A stretch of 64,000 nucleotides of DNA from a virus, in IMG/VR virus record IMGVR_UViG_3300025450_000013, one strand, 5' to 3'. The notes below the pieces were generated by a model. The model was not told where the DNA came from, ran no database searches, and saw only the letters and a program-made list of their open reading frames with translations. Position numbers and translations under genes: made by a program. Shown here one piece after another: positions 28,054 through 36,438 of the stretch (position 1 is the stretch's first letter; the number at the start of each line of letters is the position of its first letter).

Positions 28054-29734
28054 TATCTACTTGACTATATCTCGGCGGTTTGTGAACCTGAACCAATATT
28101 TTAGTCAAAGCAGCAACATTATTATAATTATTAAGAGAGAAAGAAACATCCTCTTGTGTAGCTTTGTTTTTTTCAAACATTTCTAACCAATTCGTATTGT
28201 AGATATATTCAACTAAACAAACCTCTATATCTATATTATTTTGAAGACATAGAATTGCTTCTGAAGGAGCTTTAGAGAATTTATCCATACAAAATTTCAT
28301 ATCAAACATTTTAAATGTGTCTGGATGAATTAATCTTTTATGTGTCGGATCAATCAAAGCCAAATCACTACGATGATGTGGAACTTGAATTTCCCAAATT
28401 GCACCATGTTTACTGATTCTATACATTTCCTTAATGACATTAACTGTATCATCAAGATGTTCAATTATATCTTTAGCGACAATGTGATCGTATTCACCAT
28501 CAGGAATGTCCCAATTTTTAGAATTGAGATCCACAATTCTATCTGGTCTTACTATTGGAGAATAATCAACATTATCATAACCTTTCACTTTATCAAAACC
28601 ACAACCAAGGTTTATCTTTTTACATTCTTTATCACAGCTTGGTAGGTCGATGTGTTTTAAATTAAACTCATTTTCAAGATCTTGATACATTTCCTGAAAC
28701 ACATCATTCCATTTTGTTGGATTAGTTTGCCTATAAACCCTAACAGATTTATAAAATGGTGAAGTTTTTGATTCTGGAGCACCAAGAGTCCATGTGTGAT
28801 AAGGGAGCGTTGGTGTGAATACCCAAGTCTCTTTACCAAGAGCAGCTGCCGCATGAGCGATACTTGTGCAAGAGGTTATAATAAGATCCAATTGTGATAA
28901 TGCAGAAAGAGTGTCTTCCCATGAAATTAATAGATATTGAAGATCAGTTATATTTTCAGGAAGAATTTGTAGATTATGATCTCTCTGTAGGCTATAGATA
29001 TCCAAATCTTCATGTTTAGCAAGGTTTATCATAAACTCTGGAGGAAATCTACGAAACTGTTGATGTTCAAATTTTGGATTACCAGACCATCTAATTCCAA
29101 CTTTTTTCTTTCCATTATTTTTAATAATGGAAGACCAAACTTCATAAGAAGAAGGTATCGGAGATAGATATGGTTCATTTGGTAAATTATCATATGTATG
29201 ACCTAAAACCCAACCAGCACTGAAACCCGGAATCCAGTAATCATGTTGGACCGTATGTGATTGGTCTCTCTGAATAACACCATCTACGCCAGGAACTCTT
29301 GTGAAAATTGAAGCAATTTCAGGAGCAGCTGCTAAATAAACCTTATTGGCTCCTAATTTTTTTGCAGTTTGTGCAAAACGAGAATGAATAATTTCATCGC
29401 CATAACCACCTTCAAGAGAGATGATAATAGATTTTCCTTTAATATCATGTTCTTCTGGATTGTATATTGGTGCAGAAGTTTGTAGATGACCACTACCGTA
29501 GACGTTAATGAATCTACCAGATTCTAAAAGTTGAGAACCTTCACGATAATTTCCTTGCTGTAAAAGAAACCAACCTCTGTTGAAATTATGTCTAAGCCAC
29601 ATCTCAGGATTTTTATTTCCTTGCGGGTCAAGAATATTATCTTTACCCAAAGCCTGTAATTTTTCAGATATTTTCCAACCTTCTTCAAACTCACCCTTTA
29701 ACATATGCTCAAGTTGCAAATCAATATCATGCAT
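28016..29734 (-). CDS. GT9-like glycosyltransferase fused to a C-terminal SAM methyltransferase
   Basis: EGGYGDEIIHSRF, VGIRWSGNP, WEDT...LDLIITSCTSIAHAAAALGK; then INLGCG, DIIEHL, EMYRI, VPH, DPTH. Confidence 0.85.
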   Translation of the reverse strand: MHDIDLQLEHMLKGEFEEGWKISEKLQALGKDNILDPQGNKNPEMWLRHNFNRGWFLLQQGNYREGSQLLESGRFINVYGSGHLQTSAPIYNPEEHDIKGKSIIISLEGGYGDEIIHSRFAQTAKKLGANKVYLAAAPEIASIFTRVPGVDGVIQRDQSHTVQHDYWIPGFSAGWVLGHTYDNLPNEPYLSPIPSSYEVWSSIIKNNGKKKVGIRWSGNPKFEHQQFRRFPPEFMINLAKHEDLDIYSLQRDHNLQILPENITDLQYLLISWEDTLSALSQLDLIITSCTSIAHAAAALGKETWVFTPTLPYHTWTLGAPESKTSPFYKSVRVYRQTNPTKWNDVFQEMYQDLENEFNLKHIDLPSCDKECKKINLGCGFDKVKGYDNVDYSPIVRPDRIVDLNSKNWDIPDGEYDHIVAKDIIEHLDDTVNVIKEMYRISKHGAIWEIQVPHHRSDLALIDPTHKRLIHPDTFKMFDMKFCMDKFSKAPSEAILCLQNNIDIEVCLVEYIYNTNWLEMFEKNKATQEDVSFSLNNYNNVAALTKILVQVHKPPRYSQVDIDRAIDEYFSNK

Positions 29735-29772
29735 AAATATTTACTCCTTCATAATTATCATTTAATGTAATA

Positions 29773-29780
29773 TATTTATA
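29773..29780 (-). promoter_or_regulatory. T4-type late promoter TATAAATA upstream of the glycosyltransferases
   Basis: Exact consensus; second GATAAATA at 29786-29793. Confidence 0.7.
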
Positions 29781-29788
29781 AAATATAT

Positions 29789-32700
29789 TTATCTTGTCAA
29801 TCCAACTGCTGTAAAACTGAAACTAGCGGATACAGCCGCCCAACTACTGCTTCCCAATTGCGTAGGAGAAAAGACGTTTCCTGAAATAGTTCCATTACCT
29901 AATTCTCCATAACCAGAACTATTATAACCCCATACAAATAAAGCACTGTCGGATCTTATACCATAGCTAGAATATTGACTAGCATAAACAGCTGTCCAAC
30001 TACTATTTCCTATTTTTGTAGGTGATGTTATGGTACTTCCTCTTGCTGGATTTCCAGTGTAAGCTGCTCCACCAGTATATAGTGCGCCATTGTTACCAAT
30101 TGCGGCAGCAGTTGAACCACCGTTGCAGTTTGGTATAAAGCTAAACCCTGTACCAATTTGTGTTGGAGAACTGAGAATAAAAGTTGATGTATCGGTTCCT
30201 CCCAAATAATTAGATCCACTAGATGCATTAAGACCAGTACCAAATAAAACACCATCTATTCTTAACATCCAACTAGAATAATCTCCACTACTGCCGTTTT
30301 GGATACAAACAGCAGTCCACGAACTTGTTCCAATTTGAACAGGTGATGAATAGGAGGTGAGATTACCAGTACCTAAATATCCATATCCCCAGTAAGCTTG
30401 ATATCCCCATCCCCATAATGTACCATCTAATTTAATTCCTAAAGAACCGAAGCCACCACAAGAAACAGCTTTCCATGAACTTGTTCCAATTTGAACAGGT
30501 GATGAATATGTAGTAGCATTGTTGGTTCCTAGAGTGTTATAAAAATTATAACCCCATCCCCATAATGTCCCGTCTGCTCTAATTGCAAGCGCACAACTAC
30601 TTCCAACAGACACTAATGTCCAAGAACTAGTTCCAACCTGAACAGGTGATGAATAAAATGCAGTTGCAGTATTAACACCCAATGCTCCAGATGCATTGTA
30701 ACCCCATGAAAATAGGCTTCCTCCGCTTCTAATTCCTGCGGATTGATTAACACCTGTGGATATTGAAGTCCAACTACTAGTACCTACTTGGACAGGAGAA
30801 GATACATATGTATATTGTGCTATATTCTGACCAAGTTCTCCACCTGCATTGTAACCCCAAGACCATAAAGTATTATCCGCTCTTATTGCTAAAACATGAC
30901 AATAACCAACGGATACTGATTTCCAACTACTAGTACCTACTTGAACAGGAGAATAATATGATAAATTGTTATTCTGTCCTAATTGCCCGTATGCTCCGTT
31001 ACCCCATCCAAACAAAGCACCATCGTTTCTGATAGCAAAATTTGCATATAGTCCTAAACTAATTGCTGACCAACTGTTAGTTCCAAGTTGAGCCAAAGAT
31101 CCAGTAACATCAGTTGCTAGAGCACCATAAGTACTTGTACCCCATGCCCATAAAGAACCATCAGTAGTTACGCCAAGCACATGCGCATGGCCTAATGACA
31201 CAGCATTCCATGAACTTGTTCCAATCTGGACTGGAGATGAAGTTGCTGTAGTGTTTCCATTACCAAGTTGATAAAAAACATTATATCCCCATGCCCATAA
31301 TGTCCCATCTGCTCTAATTGCTACTGTTGTTCCGCTAACATTATTACCATTTAATCCTAAAACTTTCCAACTATTTGTTCCTACTTGAACTGGAGTTTGA
31401 ACTACTAAAGTACTGTTTAATCCTAGCGAACCGTTTGTGTTGGATCCCCACATAAAAAGACCACCATCTGATCTAATTGCACCAACATGAGAAGCACCAG
31501 CCGCAACAGAAGTCCAACTACTTTTTGATATTTGGTATGGAGCGTCCGAAAATGCCTGTCCTGATATAAGAGTAGTATAACCCCAAGACCATAAAGTATT
31601 ATCCGAACTTATTGCTAAAGCTGTGCTATGTCCTATAGAAACAGCTTTCCATGAACTTGTTCCAATCTGGACTGGAGAGTTTATTGTAGTAGGTATAATT
31701 CTTCCAACTGTAATCGTATTACCACCATAACCACCCCAAGTATAAAGAGCTCCTAAAGAATCAATAACTCCACCACCACAAAAATTATCAGTATTACCTG
31801 AACCACCTCCAGTTGGAAGCACAGACCAGCTGGAGGTTCCTATTTGTACTGGAGAAGATATAGAAAAAATACCAGCACCACCGCCTACCGCTGAGTTGAT
31901 AGCGCAAGTTTGAAACAACAATCCATCAGTTCTTAGAAGTAAACTAGAATAACCACCAAGAACTGATACAGCTTTCCACGAACTTGTTCCGATTTGAACA
32001 GGTGATGAATATGTAGTAGCATTATTAGTACCTAACTGACCGTATGTATTGGTTCCCCACGCAAACAAAGCACCATCAGATCTGATGGCCATCACTGTTG
32101 ATAAAGAAACACTCACAGATGTCCAACTACTTGTTCCGATTTGAACAGGTGATGATTGAGTCGTTATGCTATTAGTACCTAAAGTTCCAGTACCGCCGTA
32201 TCCCCAAGTAAATAAAGCACCATCAGATCTGATAGCTGAAGAAACCCAAAAACTGGCTGAAATAGCTTTCCATGAACTTGTTCCAATTTGCGAAAATGAT
32301 CCCCTATTAACCAAATCATTGGTACCTAACTGACCGTATGTTGCTTGTGCTCCAGTGGCAAACAAACCACCATCAGATCTGATAGCCATTGTATATGAAT
32401 AACCACAAGAGACAGCTGTCCAACTACTGAAACCAATTTGAGATAATGTTTGAATTGTAGTTCCTGCTGGAGATCCCAATTGAGCGCCAACTCCCCATGT
32501 AAATAAAGATCCAGTAGAATTTATTGCTCCTGCAATAGCACTATTTCTAAAATCTCCTATAACATATACACCTGCTGGCTGACTGAAATTTCCTGTTGAA
32601 ATTTGTACAGGAGAGGATTGATTAGTACTAGTTCCAGTACCAACTGTATAAGAAATGTTGGCACCCCAACCCCATAAACTAAAATCACCAGCCCTCACCG

Positions 32701-34078
32701 CAAAAAGTGCGTTATCATAATTACTTCCGGTATTACTTAATCCGATAGCCACCCAGCTACTTGCTCCAACCTGAACAGGTGATGATTGATTCGTTGTGTT
32801 ATTATTACCTAATTCACCAGCTGAACCATAACCCCAAGTCCATACTGTATTATCTGCTCTTAATGCTATTGCACTATTAAAACCAGACATTATAGCTTTC
32901 CATGAACTTGTTCCAACCTGAACAGGCGATGAATATGAAGTAGTATTATTTGTTCCGAGAGTAGGATAAAAACTTTGGCTTCCCCAAGCAAATAAAGCAC
33001 CGTCTACCCTGATCGCATGCCCATAAGTTCCACCAGTATTATCCCCAACACTTGCCATTACCCAACTACTTGTTCCAACATGAGTTGGTAATGTAACGTA
33101 TGATGAATTTGTTGGTGTATAAGTAGTATAACCCCAAAAAAATAAAGCACCAGTTGTTGTTATACCGACGGTTGTTGAACTAGCGGCTGCTATACTCGAC
33201 CAACTACTTGTTCCAATCTGGACTGGAGATGAATAGTTAGTATTAACACCATTACCAAGCTGCCATACGTTATTATTACCCCATGCCCACAGTGTTCCGT
33301 CTGATCTAATTGCGTATGTTTGTAATGTTCCACAAGAAACAGCTTTCCATGAACTTGATCCAATTTGAATAGGGGATGCATACGTTAAAGTGTTATTAAC
33401 ACCTAACTGACCGCTACTACCAATACCCCATCCCCATAAAGAACCATCTGATCTTATTGCCATTGTATGACTAGTGCCAGAAGATACTGATTTCCAACTT
33501 AAATTTCCTATCTGTGTTGGTGTGTAACCAGCATTTAAACCTAACTGACCGGAATTGTTATTACCACATCCCCACAAAGTATTATCTGATGCAATTGCAC
33601 AGGCATGAGAGTCACCTCCGGAAACAGCTTTAAAACTCATTCCGACTCCAATTTGAATTGGAGATGAAGTTGATGTAGTGTTTCCATTACCAAATTGGTA
33701 ATAAGTATTAAAACCCCATGCCCACAGTGTTCCGTCAGTTTTTATTCCATAACCAGTTGATGAACCGATAGAAACAGCTGTCCAGCTTGTGGAACCAGGA
33801 GAAGGAGCCTTTGTTGCTATAAAAAGTAAACCTTGACCTAAAGTGTAATTGTTAGTGGCACCCCATGTGAACAAAGCACCATCAGATCTAATTGCCGCTG
33901 TAACGTTTAATCCTGCACTGACTACAGACCAACTACTTGTTCCAATTAAAACAGGCGATGAATAGCTAGTAGTAGTTCCATAACCAATAGTTCCTGATGT
34001 TCCACGACCCCAGGTAAATAGATTTTTTTTAGTAGAACCTCCAGAACTTGATTTTAATAATAGTTCATGTAATAGCAT
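29789..34078 (-). CDS. RCC1/BLIP-II repeat beta-propeller protein (28 repeats), putative fibre tip
   Basis: Repeated AIRSDG.L..WG.N..G.LG...SSPVQIGTSSW..VS.G; follows a fibre and chaperone. Confidence 0.9.
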   Translation of the reverse strand: MLLHELLLKSSSGGSTKKNLFTWGRGTSGTIGYGTTTSYSSPVLIGTSSWSVVSAGLNVTAAIRSDGALFTWGATNNYTLGQGLLFIATKAPSPGSTSWTAVSIGSSTGYGIKTDGTLWAWGFNTYYQFGNGNTTSTSSPIQIGVGMSFKAVSGGDSHACAIASDNTLWGCGNNNSGQLGLNAGYTPTQIGNLSWKSVSSGTSHTMAIRSDGSLWGWGIGSSGQLGVNNTLTYASPIQIGSSSWKAVSCGTLQTYAIRSDGTLWAWGNNNVWQLGNGVNTNYSSPVQIGTSSWSSIAAASSTTVGITTTGALFFWGYTTYTPTNSSYVTLPTHVGTSSWVMASVGDNTGGTYGHAIRVDGALFAWGSQSFYPTLGTNNTTSYSSPVQVGTSSWKAIMSGFNSAIALRADNTVWTWGYGSAGELGNNNTTNQSSPVQVGASSWVAIGLSNTGSNYDNALFAVRAGDFSLWGWGANISYTVGTGTSTNQSSPVQISTGNFSQPAGVYVIGDFRNSAIAGAINSTGSLFTWGVGAQLGSPAGTTIQTLSQIGFSSWTAVSCGYSYTMAIRSDGGLFATGAQATYGQLGTNDLVNRGSFSQIGTSSWKAISASFWVSSAIRSDGALFTWGYGGTGTLGTNSITTQSSPVQIGTSSWTSVSVSLSTVMAIRSDGALFAWGTNTYGQLGTNNATTYSSPVQIGTSSWKAVSVLGGYSSLLLRTDGLLFQTCAINSAVGGGAGIFSISSPVQIGTSSWSVLPTGGGSGNTDNFCGGGVIDSLGALYTWGGYGGNTITVGRIIPTTINSPVQIGTSSWKAVSIGHSTALAISSDNTLWSWGYTTLISGQAFSDAPYQISKSSWTSVAAGASHVGAIRSDGGLFMWGSNTNGSLGLNSTLVVQTPVQVGTNSWKVLGLNGNNVSGTTVAIRADGTLWAWGYNVFYQLGNGNTTATSSPVQIGTSSWNAVSLGHAHVLGVTTDGSLWAWGTSTYGALATDVTGSLAQLGTNSWSAISLGLYANFAIRNDGALFGWGNGAYGQLGQNNNLSYYSPVQVGTSSWKSVSVGYCHVLAIRADNTLWSWGYNAGGELGQNIAQYTYVSSPVQVGTSSWTSISTGVNQSAGIRSGGSLFSWGYNASGALGVNTATAFYSSPVQVGTSSWTLVSVGSSCALAIRADGTLWGWGYNFYNTLGTNNATTYSSPVQIGTSSWKAVSCGGFGSLGIKLDGTLWGWGYQAYWGYGYLGTGNLTSYSSPVQIGTSSWTAVCIQNGSSGDYSSWMLRIDGVLFGTGLNASSGSNYLGGTDTSTFILSSPTQIGTGFSFIPNCNGGSTAAAIGNNGALYTGGAAYTGNPARGSTITSPTKIGNSSWTAVYASQYSSYGIRSDSALFVWGYNSSGYGELGNGTISGNVFSPTQLGSSSWAAVSASFSFTAVGLTR

Positions 34079-34087
34079 AATTGACCT

Positions 34088-34582
34088 TTATTGCGGAGGA
34101 GTTGGCCAGCTAACACTATTAGTTGCTGGAGGAAATTCAGTTGGACCGAAAGTGAAAGATGCTGGAAAATCTCTCAATTGTTGTCTATAAGTTTGCCATT
34201 CTGTGAACCAAGTATCATTTTTCATTTTTAAAATATCAGCAGCCATAGTCCAATCGCTCTCAAATAATTTTCCATCTCTTTCCAATCTAATCTGCCTTAA
34301 AAACATTTGTTGAGTGATTAATGGATCTTCTTTTTGTATTGTATTTAGTGTATAATTAGATGTTACTTTTTCACCATCAAACGAAAATGTTGGAGTATTT
34401 AAAGTGTAAATTGTTGAGTCGTAATCGGGAACATCGTCTATGACAATATACCAACCAAAAGTAAGTAAAGTTTCTGGGTCATCACCAATTAAATTGAATC
34501 CGCTTACATTTCTCCAATTCATTGGTAATGCATAATGGATTTCTTTAATTTCATTATCTTCTATAAAAGCATATATTGTCAT
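34088..34582 (-). CDS. Tail fibre assembly chaperone-like protein
   Basis: IRLERD..L.ESDWT...W.TYRQ.LRD.P...WP..P. Confidence 0.8.
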   Translation of the reverse strand: MTIYAFIEDNEIKEIHYALPMNWRNVSGFNLIGDDPETLLTFGWYIVIDDVPDYDSTIYTLNTPTFSFDGEKVTSNYTLNTIQKEDPLITQQMFLRQIRLERDGKLFESDWTMAADILKMKNDTWFTEWQTYRQQLRDFPASFTFGPTEFPPATNSVSWPTPPQ

Positions 34583-34595
34583 TTAATAATTCCTC

Positions 34596-35426
34596 TTATA
34601 CGCCTGTCATGGAGGCGACGCCTTTCCATGTTGTTCCGCCATCGTCAGTTACGAAAGTTAAAATATCAATACCAGATGTTGTTAGTGTGGGTGCTGTACC
34701 ACCTGACCATTTTACGGCGGCTGGCCATACCTGTGTTCCTGTGCCGCCGTTTGTTAGTTTGAATATAAAACCATAAGTTCTATTGGTAGGAACGTTTGTG
34801 AATGACCAGGTGACACCACCAGAGGCGGTGAATGTATAATAATTTCCTTGCGAACAATCAATGGTACCGGATGAAGCCGCCACCGTTTTCATAGTATAGT
34901 TACCAAAGATATCAAAGTTAGATGGTGAGGCTGCTGTATTACCGATACTTACGTTGGAAGTAATATACAGTTTACCATTAAATACTACACCCGTTGTATT
35001 CTGTAGTGCGGTATTTGCTATACCAAACGCAGCGTTAGTAACAGCCCAGTTCTGTCCTAACTGAGTTAGTGTAGAGTATGTGGCAGATGTATAGTTGTTG
35101 GTTGATGTGGTTGATGTATTGGTATAACTATTAGCAGGTGTTAAATCTACCGTAATGGCAGAACCATTTACCAAAACAGCAGAAGCATTAATTGAACCAA
35201 CAACGTCTAAGGCATAAACAGCACTACTTCTTCCAATACCTAAACTACCTGTTGGAAAGTATAAACTACCGTTATATACCGTTCCAGATGTATTCTGAAG
35301 AAAAGGAAAACTATTGCCAGAATATATCCACTTAGTTGATGCTGACACATATACATACTGATTACCACTAGTGGAATCATAATATACTTGCCCGTTTGTC
35401 GGTGATGCTGGGAAATTAAGTGCCAT
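34596..35426 (-). CDS. Short tail fibre/adaptor protein
   Basis: LNFPASPTNGQ start; C-terminal IDCSQGNY...WP.AVKW.GGTAP.LT...DGGTTW domain. Confidence 0.75.
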   Translation of the reverse strand: MALNFPASPTNGQVYYDSTSGNQYVYVSASTKWIYSGNSFPFLQNTSGTVYNGSLYFPTGSLGIGRSSAVYALDVVGSINASAVLVNGSAITVDLTPANSYTNTSTTSTNNYTSATYSTLTQLGQNWAVTNAAFGIANTALQNTTGVVFNGKLYITSNVSIGNTAASPSNFDIFGNYTMKTVAASSGTIDCSQGNYYTFTASGGVTWSFTNVPTNRTYGFIFKLTNGGTGTQVWPAAVKWSGGTAPTLTTSGIDILTFVTDDGGTTWKGVASMTGV

Positions 35427-35448
35427 ATATTTGTTCCATTTTCCTTGT

Positions 35449-35456
35449 TATTTAGG
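35449..35456 (-). promoter_or_regulatory. Late promoter (CCTAAATA)
   Basis: TAAATA core in the gap before 35426. Confidence 0.5.
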
Positions 35457-35457
35457 T

Positions 35458-36429
35458 TTATTTTATTGCTATTCCTACTGGAGCAGCACCACTAGCCAAC
35501 GTAGCCCATGCTTGAGTAACTACACCAGCAGGAGTAATCTTGGATACGGTACCGTTACCAAGATTAGCAGTATAAACATTACCAGAACTATCTATTGCTA
35601 TTCCATATGGACCAGCACCACTAGCCAACGTAGCCCATGCTTGAGTAACTACACCAGCAGGAGTAATCTTGGATACGGTATTGTTAGAATAATTAGCAGT
35701 ATAAACATTACCAGAACTATCTATTGCTATTGCTACTGGAGCAGCACCACTAGCCAACGTAGCCCATGCTTGAGTAACTACACCAGCAGGAGTAATCTTG
35801 GATACGGTACCGTTAGAATAATTAGCAGTATAGAAATTACCAGAACTATCTATTGCTAATCCAGCTGGATTAGCACCGCTAGCCAATGTAGCCCATGCTT
35901 GAGTAACTACACCAGCAGTAGTAATCTTGGATACGGTATTGTTACCAAGATTAGCAGTATAAACATTACCAGAACTATCTATTGCTATTCCATATGCAGC
36001 AGCACCACTAGCCAACGTAGCCCATGCTTGAGTAACTACACCAGCAGGAGTAATCTTGGATACGGTATCGTTAAGTTGGTTAGCAGTATAAACATTACCA
36101 GAACTATCTATTGCTATTCCATATGGACCAGCACCACTAGCCAACGTAGCCCATGCTTGAGTAACTACACCAGCAGGAGTAATTTTAGATACGGTATTGT
36201 TAGAATAATTAGCAGTATAAACATTACCAGAACTATCTATTGCTATTGCTACTGGAGCACCACTAGCCAATGTAGCCCATGCTTGAGTAACTACACCAGC
36301 AGTAGTAATCTTGGATACGGTACCGTTACCATTATTAACCGTATAGACACTAGGAATAAGTTTAAAAAGATTAGCAGCAAACCCTAATGCTCTAGCAGAC
36401 ATTGATCCTATAGTTGTAATACTTGGCAT
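35458..36429 (-). CDS. Seven-bladed NHL-like beta-propeller, putative fibre tip
   Basis: P.GIAIDSSGNVYTAN...TVSKIT 43-aa repeats x7 after a short leader. Confidence 0.85.
   Translation of the reverse strand: MPSITTIGSMSARALGFAANLFKLIPSVYTVNNGNGTVSKITTAGVVTQAWATLASGAPVAIAIDSSGNVYTANYSNNTVSKITPAGVVTQAWATLASGAGPYGIAIDSSGNVYTANQLNDTVSKITPAGVVTQAWATLASGAAAYGIAIDSSGNVYTANLGNNTVSKITTAGVVTQAWATLASGANPAGLAIDSSGNFYTANYSNGTVSKITPAGVVTQAWATLASGAAPVAIAIDSSGNVYTANYSNNTVSKITPAGVVTQAWATLASGAGPYGIAIDSSGNVYTANLGNGTVSKITPAGVVTQAWATLASGAAPVGIAIK
35470..36348. repeat. Near-perfect 129-bp tandem repeat x7 (coding)
   Basis: TACACCAGCA recurs at 35521, 35650, 35779 etc. Confidence 0.95.
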
Positions 36430-36438
36430 TTATATCTC

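Noticed and set aside
22160-29734. Bacterial LPS locus from host contamination or a prophage boundary
   Set aside because: Genes are compact, overlap each other, carry a T4 late promoter and are flanked on both sides by syntenic T4-like structural genes
35431-36387. Plus-strand repeat ORFs (35431..35859, 35899..36387)
   Set aside because: Antisense shadows of the propeller repeat
35458-36429. CRISPR array or DGR template/variable repeat
   Set aside because: Units are in-frame 129-bp coding repeats without unique spacers; differences are not adenine-restricted; no reverse transcriptase or cas gene in the window
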